Shown here: positions 49,591-61,998 of the stretch, piece by piece
Position numbering within the stretch: the stretch's first letter is position 1
Layout of the letters: the number at the start of each line of letters is the position of its first letter
Origin: Tubulanus polymorphus
Taxonomy: Eukaryota; Animalia; Nemertea
Length of the DNA: 64,000 nt
Direction: 5' to 3'
Assembly: GCF_964204645.1 (NCBI RefSeq)
Contig: NC_134027.1
Location: forward strand, 17,694,560-17,758,559
Notes under the pieces: model-generated
What the model saw: the letters and a program-made list of their open reading frames with translations, nothing else
Told to the model about the DNA's origin: nothing
Database searches by the model: none
Made by a program: the position numbers and the translations under genes

Positions 49591-50441
49591 AATCTATTCA
49601 CAACGAGTTGACGTGCGGCTTTTTGACCACAGGGGTATCAGTTTACAGTAGTGAACTGTGTTGCAGGGGTGCATGCTGAGCCAGTTAAGTGACTTGTTGC
49701 TATGGTTTTGTACACAAATTCAGCAAGAGTGAATAACTAGCAAGATTTCACAAGACATGCAGTCTTAGGAATATAGAAGAATTTTAGTTTATCTTGTTGT
49801 TTTATACACTCTTATTGAATGATGACGTAGAGTTGATGGATGGCAAGGCCTGGCAGTTATCCAGATAAAATAGTTGCAGTTGTTAGAAAGGAGAGAATTT
49901 TCGAGGATTTTGCACATTTCACAGAATATTCAACGAAAGAAGATATATCTGGATTTAACACATGTCAAGTCACATATTTTTGTAACATATTTTCACAGAG
50001 CTCTAGGCATTTAGACAACTGATATTTTCGTGGTTTTCACTCATAGAGAAGTGGCACTATATTATATCTAGATAATAAGATGGCACAGATTGAACTCCAA
50101 TCTATCCAGTCACTCTCTTTTGCGGATGCATCCATATTATATAGTTTGAATCTGATTCAGACGAAGAATCATCGCTGGTATTTATAATGAATTCGTCAAC
50201 CAAATCATTTGCATTTTAAACTGACTTGTGTAATATTAAAGAACCGAGTGGTTGGAGATGCAAGTTATGTGTGTGTGTGTGTGTGTGTGTGTGTAGTTAT
50301 GCACTCTTGGTGGACGCTGGGCTGCAGTGGGTCAGCACATCTGTGATGGATCATTTGTGTAGCAGCTATCTGACAGCTCACAGCAGTAGCTGCTCTTTGA
50401 TGTGGAGAAAATGCCGCACGTCAACTCGTTGTGAACAGACT
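49591..50441. mobile_element. MITE-like element with ~33-bp TIRs containing a (TG)n tract
   Basis: TCTATTCACAACGAGTTGACGTGCGGC versus GCCGCACGTCAACTCGTTGTGAACAGA. (TG)n at 50268-50294. Confidence 0.7.
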
Positions 50442-51529
50442 TTATAATGGATGTGCAGAAGGATAAAAGGAGACTTAGGTAGGTTTTAAATCTCTAAAGG
50501 ATCCATGAAAAATTAATGATTTTATAACTTTAACATAGTTATACTAACAGGGAGGAAAGACATAACAAAAGGCCCATGGGCCTTGAAGCATTGGTAGATT
50601 GTACTGCGGTACGGTATTTAGTGGTTAAAGTATTACATCTGCCGGCAAATGTTCCATGACAATGTTGATTGGGATGACCACAGACTTAAAGCCAATTTGT
50701 GTTCGTACGTTTTTCGTTTATACTGAAAATGAAATTCATTTTTCTGCCGAACGATATAAGCCTAGGCTATTTGTATTGTTAAACCTCATAAATGCGATTC
50801 TGTTAATAAGACGAAACTAGTTTATTCTGATGTTTTGCCATCATGTCCCAGCTAAGATATTTATATCAATCAAGATTTGGATACAAAAACCTATTCAATA
50901 TAACAATTTCGGCACTTTCGCCTACACAAGATTTTCATCAACGATGTGAAAGGGTAATCTTGACTGACTGTGGTTTTTGGCATGAACTGTTAGGCCCTAC
51001 TGAATAATGAAAACAAAAACAGAACGATTTTTCTGAATGCAAGTTCATCTGATGTATACATAGATCAACCGGTCAAACGCACACATGCAAAATGTGTCAC
51101 AGAGAGCGATGCCAGCTTTGGTATCACTGAGGGTGGCCGGCTGATGATTGCTTGTTTGGTTCCCCAAGACTAAGCCGATTGGTCGTTCATCAGGGATCCT
51201 AACAGTAGTTACTATCGGAAATCAATTTGACATCATTTAAGCCACGCTTAGCATATGCGAAGTCATTTCGGGCGGTGTGGGGTCCTCACCCAAGCAAATT
51301 TTTGAAATTTGAGGCAATTTTCAGGCATCTGAGAAATTCGCGAGAGCGGAATCTAGCAACCAAATTAATATCAGTTTAATGTGGAAGCCATGTTCGATTT
51401 ATTACAAATGTATCGAAGATTCTGATTGTCGTTGAAATCTTCAAACAATTGAAAGCGGGTTCGAATCTTTGAAGCAGCAGCTATTTTCTCGGCAGAAAGA
51501 TTTTTCAATAGTAGTTTTGTTCGAATATA

Positions 51530-52830
51530 AAACTAGAATGAGGCAAAGCCTCGAATGCCCCCGGCCTGAAATTCACCGCCACGTGAAGTTACAGGGTTTG
51601 TGGTAAATGCATTAGAAATATCATGGCCACAATTATTTCTATAAGAATGATATTAGAGGTCATGTGTACAAAGTGTAAAGAATTGATCAACAGTTGCAGC
51701 CTCTAGGCTGTGATCCCCTGATGGCCATAATTTGAATCAAATCGACCCAATTTCAAATAGGGTCCTGGTCCAAGTGGTATCCTTCTTGTGTACCAAGTTT
51801 GAAATGAATCGGTCACCAATTGCAGCCTCTAGGCAGTTAACATTGTTTTTCATGTTGGCCCCCTGGTGGCCATATTTTCAATCAACCCATTCATCGACCC
51901 AATTTCAAACAGGGTTCTGACCTAGGAGATATCCTAAATGTGTACCAAGTTTGAAATGAGTCGGTCATCAATTGCAGCCTCTACTGTCTGTCACACATGC
52001 TCTTCGTGCGACGTTTTGGTCCGTAATTTCGTTAATAATCGGTTTATCTGTAAATATTATGCATCAATTTGTTCAGTAAGGAATTTGCATTCAGAAATAA
52101 ATCATGAACTGGCAGATATTTGTTTGTGTTTGCTTCTATCAGCGATAGATTACCTAGCATACGCTCGCGTAATGCTGAAAAACGGCTTTTATGGCCCGTC
52201 ACGTGGCGCCACCGACTGTATTTTGATATGCTAATGAGCAGGTGATGACGTCACTGTAACGTTTCCGAGCGTCCGCGGAGCGGATTTTTCAGCATTACGC
52301 GAGCATATGCTGAGTAAACTATCGCTCATAAATGAAAACAAAAACAACTTTAGTGAAAATTGTTATTTCTGAATGCAAATTCCTCACTGAACAAATTGAT
52401 GCGTAATAAAGGTAGATAAACCGATTATTAACGAAATTACGGACCAAAACGTCGCAAGGAGAGTAGGTGTGACAGACAGTAGGCTGTTAACGTCATCTTT
52501 CATGTCATCCCCTGGTGGTCATAATTTGAATCAAATCGACCCAACTTTAAATAGGGTGGCCCAAGTGGTATCCTACTTGTGTACCAAGTTTGAAATGAAA
52601 CGGTCAACAATTGCGGCTGTTAACGTTGTCTTTCATATCAGCCCCCTGGTGGTCAAAATTTGAATCAAATCGACCCAATTTTAAGTAGGGTTCTGGCCCA
52701 AGCGATATCCTACTTGTGTACCAAGTTTGATAGCAATCGGTCAATAATTGCGACCTCTAGGCTGTTAACGTCATTTTTCATGTCATCCCCTGGTTGCTAT
52801 AATTTGAATCGAATCGATCCAATTCTAATA
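51530..52830 (+). repeat. Helentron/HINE-like element with internal ~140-150-bp tandem repeats
   Basis: Starts AAACTAGAATGAGGCAAAGCCTC (hairpin). Repeated units CCCCTGGTGGCCATAATTTGAATCAAATCGACCC...TGTACCAAGTTTGAAATGAATCGG. Confidence 0.65.
51984..52479. mobile_element. Palindromic MITE (~200-bp TIRs) with TA target duplication
   Basis: TA-CTGTCTGTCACAC...GTGTGACAGACAG-TA inserted in the repeat unit GCCTCTAGGCTG. Arms complementary over ~200 bp. Confidence 0.85.
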
Positions 52831-55214
52831 ATAACACATTTACGGGCAGTCGACATTTTGGATCTGTTGGTATTGATTTATTGAATAGTTGGTTTTGTTT
52901 GACGATATGTATGCATCACGTGTGCATCAGTCTGATCATTACTGCTGTGCGCTTATCAATAGACCACGTGCAGGCAGTAATGTATAGACGCTGCTCACTA
53001 GCGTGCGGCGCGTGTATGAATGCTATCGTTTAAACCACATCGTTCCACTATTATCTTTTTCATATCATGTCAGGACGTGGCTGCCTTCTATACTGTAGTA
53101 GCAGTACGCGGTACGGTATCGATTTTCTAGATGTACGCTCAGGCTAGCCACGGCAAGTGGATTATTACAGAACTCCCAAGTGTCATAACCGATCATAGCC
53201 CCCTACCCCACTATTTTAACATCAAATCTTTATCGATCTCAGAGACCACAAAAATTTCTAATAAGTCGGAATTCCGATTAAAGTCACAAGATTGAGATCC
53301 CTGAGATCCTTTAACCTCACGACGGGCGGCTTTGAAGTGTCGCCTGCACACTGTAAGAAGCCAACTAATAGTGCTAATAGTGCAACTGCATCACGCCTTA
53401 TCTCAATGAGCTACCGAGGCCGCTCGATTCAATTTCAACTACAGCAGCGGCAAATAACCACCGCAATATTGCAATTTACGACAAACAACGTGTAAATTTA
53501 ATGACTGTTGTGGTGTCCAACGCGTGGAAAAGATAATAAAGGTTATTTTTCCGGGATCTGGCATTACAAAGGGAATCCATCTGCCGAGTGCGTCCAGGGC
53601 TGCTACCGCCTCGCGAGTGCACATGAGGCGGGCAGGGCATCTTAAAGCGAAAACATATCTTAGAATATGACCGAACCGACGGAATTTTACAACAAGAGAT
53701 CCACGGATCTTAATATCTCGGGCGCAGAATGTTATCTTTGTAATGTATAGGTGCCATCTGATTGATGCATCTTTAAGGTTTTCCTTGAACACTTCATAAA
53801 ATGAGATGTGTAAAATCTGCTGATTTCGGTGAACAACATCATCGAAATCTAATCAGCAATCATCGCAGCAATACGGGATATCGACCAATTCAAGTTCTTG
53901 AAATGAATCGTTTGATGGCGTTTGTCAGAACCGGAAATTGGAACCTTAATCCGCCATGCTCTAGTTCATTTGCAATGAAAATCTCTAGCTTCAAGTTTTC
54001 AATCAGCGATATTCTACTTACTATATATCGTCACGCGTAATCCTTTAAATATGATAACCCACCGTTACGTTGGATATGATAAAACCTCACTGCAAAGGCT
54101 AGAAATCACTATTAGTGTCCTAAAATTATCAAAAAAATTTTGCAACGGCTGAAGATGTAAAGACTGGTTGCCAGGTATCACATGGTGGCAGCACTTGACG
54201 GCCCAATTTCGATTGCTGGTTCGAGTCCTGGTACTTTTCATATTTTTATTACAAATCTACGAGTGAAGTCCTTCAAAAATCAATTTTATTTCATATTTAT
54301 CAGTGTAGCCTGCAATAAATTCACTTTAGAGTCTTGAACTCAACAACAAAGTGATGACACCCGGCTCCAGTCATTACTTCCGTTAGCTGCTTCGAGCGTC
54401 ATCGCTAAATTTGTGATTTTTGGTAGTTTTTTGACATTTCTAGTGATCTTTAGCGTTCGAAGTGAGGTTTTATCGAATTCAAAACATTGTTAGGATATCA
54501 TACTTAAAGGATTATGCGTGCCGTTGAAGCGAGACGAGGTTTGGGCCTATTCGATTGTGTGCGAATAATCTTCCTTAAAGTAGCGTATCGATTGAATCTT
54601 CGGTTATTTGCATAATGAAATAGATATGGGGAGACGGAATCGATACTACGGCTATCAAATTTTAAAAAAACATATAAGACTCTCCCATGACTGGGAAATG
54701 AGAAACTAGAACTGAGCAGATTAATAGATGAGAAGATTAAAAGACCGGTTTGTCTGCGTCAATCGAATATGCCCTTACATTGATTGACAGCGGGAGCTCA
54801 GCCAACCGCAGGGAGCAGTTATTTTACTTCAATGTAACGTTGTACATCGGCCTTCCAACCGTTATATGAAACAAAATGCTCCTTTAAATTTCTTAAAGAA
54901 TCGCCACAAATTTGTCGATTTCTCTTAAATGTACGCGATATTCAAAATTCGATTTCCAACAGATTTTAGCTGCATGATGAAGCTACATTTTGCACATAAA
55001 CATAGTAGATTGCATGACTTCGGGTCAAAGTTATAACGTCATTTGTCAGCAAAAATTCGATTTTTGGACCCATTACAACATCTCGGGCTTTGCCCAAGAT
55101 AATAAACTGTCAGTGAATTGATTGATGATACAACATGGTTGTTCTCGGTGTACTTAACAATGATAATTTCCTCCAATAAACAACTTTGGTAAAATTGAAT
55201 AAAATGATCTATTC

Positions 55215-55520
55215 TTAGGGTTTCTGCTGCTTTCGCAGAAACCCTCTTGTAATTCTGTTGATTATTATTATTAGGGTTTTCTGTTACATCACAGAAAACC
55301 CTATTGAGATTCGCGTGTTTCTTCTTATTATTATTTTATGTCACACTATTTTCACTAAAAGAACTAAGGCTTTGTTACCTTGCCGCTGTTGTCGATACAA
55401 TCCATATGATATCGTTCAGCTCACTGAGATCTACAAATACTCCGCGTGTTTTTTCACGAATCATCGTTACAAAAGCACTGTCGGGCCGTAGACATCGAAA
55501 ATTTAGCCCCATTCAATGGG
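55215..55520 (+). repeat. Hairpin-terminated interspersed repeat (two adjacent AGGGTTT(T)CTG...CAGAAAACCCT ends)
   Basis: Homologous to 20800-21056 in the opposite orientation. Confidence 0.6.
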
Positions 55521-58169
55521 GCGACATGTTTTTCAAGTCGTCATCCCGAAATCAACCCGCAGGCCGATTGTCACTTCGATTAACAATTCAAGTATAAATG
55601 AACTAATTTATTGCCGCAGACTTCACATTCAGCCGCGGTCTTCAAACAGTAATTTTAACAATAGCCCATTTTCCTCATCAAATCATATTACCGATACACT
55701 GGAAATTTACTACTTTAGATTTTAAAAGCACTTTCGAGCCGTAAACATCGACGAATCGACGTGTGTCACTACATCGTCGTTCCGGGGATCAGCTGCCAGT
55801 TTCTCCTCATCATGAGAATCAAATCGAGTACAAATTAATTTGTTACTACCAGTGATTTGGCTGCGGGTTTCAAGGAGTTAGTTTAATAATACCTATTTTT
55901 CTTTACCAAATTAACCGTGTATTTACTAAGATAAATCTTTAGTGTACCGGGGAGTCGTAGGCCTAAACTAAACACGCCGAAGAGATATAGCGGAGAAAAG
56001 CTGTTATGTTGATGAGGTATCAAAATAAAAGAATATATTACTATATTCGGCCGCGGGTTTCATCCTCTATATCAATACCATCAATTCTCTATATTTCCTA
56101 CAGTACATACCGATCATTGTCAAATGCACAAGGTATTTACTAAATACAAGTATATAAAACACTCTTATCCATATGTTGGACTCACACTTGACATTCGGAG
56201 TAAGTGTTCGCTGTGGGGAAAAGGAGATCGTTCGCTGTGTCGCTTGAAGTTTTTATCGAGTTTTACGCGACCTTAAGGCTTTAGGCCTACCGGTACTGAC
56301 ATTTACTGTCTCAAACAAACACAGTATAAATGTTGCGGTTATTAACGGACTCATTGGATTGAACTTCAAAACAAAATTTACGATATTTAGGAGGGTTGTT
56401 ATTCAATAGGCCTACGACAAATCAGTCCGGATGTTAGGCCTATGTATATACATAGGCCTACATAGGCTAGTAGCCTCTACAAGGTTAAAGCTAAGTTCAC
56501 TGTATAGGAGGAACCAGATTTATTGAAATGCATGTTAATTAGTGATTAAATGGTTCTGACTTGCAACGATCAATCACAATTATCTATTTTATTGGCAAGT
56601 AAAGTAATATAACTCAGCGCCTGACCATTTCAAATTTGCGTATTGTAATTTATTATGAATTAATTCCGCGTAAGCATAATTATTGGGTCTAAAGAGCAAA
56701 TAAAAATGTCGCAAGCATCATCATCCATTGATAAATGCACAGCCCGAAAAGCCTACACATTACCGGATGACCTTGAGCTTCAAACTCAACCGTAAATCAC
56801 GGATTCACAGTCTTCTGACTAACAATTAGTCCGGATCCATTTTTTCCAGCGAACAATAACTACAGCGATGCGCAAGGAAACATGGCAGATGGTTGAATTC
56901 ATTTTCGGCTTAAATTTATTGCGAGTTTTAGGACTTTAATGAATTTCACGAAACCATGATCCCTAAAATGAGTCAATTGATTAATTCTATTCGTAAATCA
57001 ATTGACGTTGGCTACATTTCCTGAAGATTTCTGGCTCAAATCAACGTAATATGGACAGAAATGGCAGGAATTTTCATACGGGATATTACTTCAGCGTTTA
57101 CTCGACAACTCGGTTCGTTGACAACGATGACAGCAGAGTTTATGTAATTTATGGTGAGAATCCATTAACCAGGGAATGTTTTACATGATTTCTTGAGTAC
57201 ATATGGTAGCAAATGATTACTTGGTGAAGCAATGATAATTGTTGGCTACCCGGTATCTACTGTCTTAATGCCTAAATCTAGCTAGCTTTTTTGGAGGGGA
57301 TACGCCTAGAATAGATTAAGGCCCTAAATGTAGTGTGTAGAACCAGTGGAAAGCCTAAGTAGTTAGTAAGCGGCTGGTTGACACTCTGTACGACTATTTA
57401 TTTTGAGTACTTTCTTTCCAGCTATTATTCATGGAATGAACTCGTCACTACGGTCTTCAATTCCTTTGACTTTGCAGATTCGTGCAGCTGGTAGAAATAG
57501 ATTTAAACCACAGCGTGCAAGTGTATGTTTCAAATCAAGCTTTTTCGTCAATGTCGTAACTTAAGCGCAACTGTCTCAGATGCTGTAAGTACTTGATGTT
57601 TTGTGTAATTGTTTTTTTCAATTGCCATGTTTACAATAATTGGATTAGTCGTGCTAAACGTCCATGCAGAATTGGATTCATTGTTATTATGGGATGATAA
57701 TTCATGGGCGTCATGAGTCCTGTGGCTTACCCTTGATATGAAGCTTATAATGTTTATCAGAGACTTTTTTGGATTAAACTAAATAGCCCTTAAAATACCA
57801 ATTCCTCATGGCTTAATGGTGTCTATGCTCTGCGAGACAGTAGTTATAGATTTTTACGACAAACGCACAATTTAAATTGGTCTCCTATGATTTTTATTAT
57901 ACTTTCTTTCGCTCCTCTATTATAGTATATAACTTAGTAATTATTACATTTGATTGCATAATTACAGGTGGGAAGAGGTCAGATGGCATGAAAATCGACT
58001 GTGAATGACTAATTGGCGCGAGTAGATAAAGCGTTGAGGTTTCAAAAGCCAAAATGCCTGGTTAAATCAACAAACACAGGAAGAGGCTCAACGCCTTCTT
58101 AGCTCTGTTAGGAAGAATTCTGCTCAGCGTAGCTTTTTACAGTCCAAATTAGACTCGGCCACCCCCGTT

Positions 58170-58486
58170 AAAGTGGTCCCAGAGCGGGCTGTTGGGGTTC
58201 AACCGATATCTTTTTCCTCTCCACGGTTGGACAATTTCTCTGGAAGTGATCGAAAGGGCGAAACTACGTATAAAATCTGGAGGTCGCAGGTGGAAGGTTT
58301 ATTAACTGATCCGCGATTCGGAACACGCCCTTTTGGCTTTAATAAGACGATCGGTCCGGGAATTGCCGGCCAAGATCGTATTGAGCATGGGCAGTAGCGT
58401 TACTCCGGATGTGTTGCGGAAATTAAATTCCATGTTTCGGTCGGTAACGACTCCAGCATTGTTTGCATTTTTTACTGCGGAACAAG
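58170..58486 (+). pseudogene. Ty3/Gypsy PNMA-like gag capsid fragment
   Basis: PRLDNFSGSDRKGETTYKIWRSQVEGLL and LIRRSVRELPAKIVLSMG...VLRKLNSMF (major-homology-like FSG...Y..W and IRRSL motifs). Cut by the BEL LTR. Confidence 0.7.
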
Positions 58487-58716
58487 TGTCGGAAACATGT
58501 ATAATCAATCATGTTTATATTAGACATATGGTCCCAAACAATCACGGTTTACTTAGGTCAAAAGACCACTGCGTAGGCTCCACCCTTGTAACTATGCATG
58601 CTTACCTCGCTTCCCGCCATTTGGCATCTGGAATAAACAGTTCAGTTTTACATCTCAAAGAACGCAGTCGTTGTCATTCTGTCGATCCTATCTTCTATGT
58701 GGCTTGAACCCCCACA
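58487..58716 (+). repeat. 5' LTR of BEL/Pao element
   Basis: TGT...ACA ends, AATAAA at ~58632, followed by PBS-like TGGTGACGAGTGACCAGGAT (close to the tRNA-His-type PBS) and the gag ATG at 58744. Confidence 0.75.
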
Positions 58717-61406
58717 TTTGGTGACGAGTGACCAGGATTAATCATGACAGAAAACGAAGACATCAAGAAGAGACTGACCAAGAGTCGTCAAACACAGAGG
58801 GGACAGCTCACGAAGACTATCACCAAGATTAATGCCATCTTAGCGCAAGACGATACTTCAGAAGACAGTCACGATAGAATAACTGCATATATACAAACGT
58901 ATGAAGAGAAGCTCACTCTATTAATCAAAATCGACCGAGAGCTGGAACCAATCCACGAGGAAGATGACGAATCCATTAAGATCACAGAAGCTGACACTTA
59001 CCTTACCGAACTCAGAGAATCTTACGATCATCCAACGAAAATCGACCAGGAAATTTCAACCTGTACCAGCGGTACCATTACCGACACCACAGCCACCAAT
59101 TCCGAACGCCAAGAGGTCAATTAATCTGCCAAAATTATCGATTGCCAAATTCGACGGGAATGTCCTCAACTGGATGGAGTTTAGAGACAGTTTTAAGGCC
59201 GCAATACATAATTACAGCGTTCTGTCAGATGTGCAGAAATTTCAATATTTGCGCGCCCAGCTCACCGGTGAACCAGCCATGGTCGTCAACGGACTTCCCA
59301 TTAAAGATGGAAATTTTAAGCACGCCATGGATTTATTAGAGCAACGTTATGGGCAACCGCATGTCATTATTAACGCCTATATGCATGCACTATGGGAACT
59401 CGAACCTTCTGATGGTTCCTTAAGTTCGCTACGCAAGTTCTATGAACGAATGGAATCCTACATTTGTGGATTGCAGTCTTTGGGTAAGTCCGAGGATTCG
59501 TACAGGGATCTATTAGTGCCCATGATTAGTGACAGGATTCCCAGTTCGATCCGCCAACAGATCGCTAGACAACACGGGAATAATTGGAATCTAAAAGATC
59601 TTCGTGCCAACTTATTAATCGAAGCTCTTCAAGCTGGTACAAATACAGATCAGGAATATAGTGACTATAGTGATAATGTAAACACTGCGACAGCCGCATT
59701 TCTCACGAATAGCAGACATAAGAGAAAAACGCGGGAATATCAATCTCAGGGAAATCACACGAATTTCTCACGATTGATCAAGTGCGCGTATTGTAAAAGG
59801 GATAAACATCGCTCCGGTGATTGCCGCGTTATCTCCGATCCAGATAAACGGCGTGAAATTGTGGTCCGAGATAAGCTTTGTTTTAACTGCCTTGGGTCGC
59901 ATAAATCAGCTGAGTGCCGATCTTCATTTCGCTGCAGGACATGCAAAAACTAACATCACACATCTTTGTGTACGAACCAGCATCCGACACCGGATATTCC
60001 CACGCCAATCCGCAAAATCGAGGATACTCATATAAAACTGACACCCCTTGATGGTCCAGTTTTACTGAAAACAGCTGTCATAGAGATAAGCTCAGCGGGG
60101 AACCAATCGGCGAATGTAACCGTATTGTTTGATGAAGGCGCACAGCGGTCATTCATCACGCAGCGAGCTGTTGATCTGTTAAACACCAAATGCTATGAGT
60201 CAGAATCTATACAAATTTCGGCGTTCGGTGGGAGTTCCGAATCGCAGAACCTCCAGTCCGCTAACTTCAAATTATTAACGGATATAGAAGATAGTGATAT
60301 GCGAGCACTAGTGGTTCCTAAAATCTCAACGCCACTTAAAAATTTTATGAAAGAATCTCTGTTAGATCTGCCACACATTAGGAATCTAAAATTAGCGCAT
60401 CCATGTTCAAATTCTGATAGCCATGAGATATCAGTTCTCATTGGCGCCGATTATTATTGGTCAATCGTCGGAGACCACAAAGTGCGTTCAAAAGGTTAAC
60501 TCGGACCTACCGCCATCTCAAAAATTGGATATTTGCTCTCAGGTCCAGTGCCTGGTCGTTCCAATCCAGCGTTAATCTCAACTCTATCAACAACTGCAGT
60601 ACTCAAAGTAGCATGTGTTGATCTAAACTCGCATCGACCGGAAGAGATTAATTAACAAAAGTTTTATAAATGTATAAACAAACAGAATTTATCCTATGAC
60701 GAGTTTAAACAAACACATTTGCGCTGTGTCGATGGTCGGTATACCGCGAAACTACCCTGATAGTATAACCACGCCCCCTTACCTACCAATTGGAATATCG
60801 CACTCAAATGTACACGTGGTATGGTGCGGCGTCTGCAACCAGAAACGATAAACAACTATGATAAAATATTCAATGATCACCTATTGAGAGGTTTCATAGA
60901 AGTAGTGGAAAATGATGATGCATCTCGCGGGCATTATCTTCCCCACCGTGGGGTCAAAAAAGACTCGGCGACCGCACCTCTCAGAATTGTCATTGATTGT
61001 AGTTGCAAAACTAGTAGTGAAGTCAGTCTTAATGATTGTCTACAAACTGGACCTTCGTTACTTAATGACTAAGCGTCAATTCTTATAAGGTTCAGGGTTC
61101 ACGGACGATCGGAATATCCGCGGACATTGAAAAGGCATTCTTACAAATTTGTTTAGACGGAAATGATCGTGAGTTTACTAAATTCTTCTGGCTTTCGGAC
61201 CCCACTGACCCAGAAAGCGCATTTAAAGTATTCCAATTCAAAGCAATATTATTCGGCGCAGTCTGTTCACCATTTATTCTGAATGCAACTGTCAAAAGCC
61301 ATCTTTCTAGCTTCAATAGTGAGATCGCACGAAGGTTATCTAACAATATTTACGTTGACAATATTGTCACTGGCGTTGAAAATAGTGACCAGGCTACCGA
61401 AATATA

Positions 61407-61998
61407 CCGTAAAAACCGGCGTATAAGTCGAGTTTTTAACCCACTAAATTATTGACCTCGACTTATACGCCGAGTACAGTTTTCTACTAAGTATTTTCAG
61501 GTCACAAGAAATATTGATTCTACCAGACAAAAAAGATAGTGTTCATCTTCTCACTGCTATAACAGTTTGAATAATTATTCATGATAAATAAAGTTATTTA
61601 ATGAAAAAAACTTCTTTCATTTTGACATAGCTTCATTTAAAACGATGTATTCATATATGCGCGCTCATAGCAGCGCTTAATACATTAGGCTACATATAGG
61701 CTATATATAGAGTGTGACTCACACTACTGTATCACTGTATGGTAGTGTATTATACCCGAGTGTGTGCGTAACAGTCTATTGATTAACACACAGCAGCAAT
61801 CAGGCTGACGCACTGCAGCGTGCGTGAAGGCGCACATTGTTATCAAAACAAACTATTCAATATAATGATATAAGTAATTTTTCTTCTAAGAGAAGGGACT
61901 CGACTTATAAGCCGGATATATGTTAAAATCATGAAATATAGGTCTAAAAATCGACCTCGACTTATACGCCGCATAGACTTATACGCCGGTTTTTACTG
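61407..61998. mobile_element. Tc1/mariner (pogo/Tigger-like) MITE inserted in BEL RT
   Basis: TA-CCGTAAAAACCGGCGTATAAGTC...GACTTATACGCCGGTTTTTACTG-TA, internal CTCGACTTATA repeats. Removal restores the frame EIYQTANEIC. Confidence 0.9.

Noticed and set aside
50226-50447. ORF or exon candidate upstream of the host exon
   Set aside because: Lies within a TIR-bounded element and spans a (TG)n tract. Minus-strand frames contain stops.
54030-54890. Kolobok-like TTAAAGG/CCTTTAA ends
   Set aside because: The best-matching ends face outward and no complete element could be delimited.
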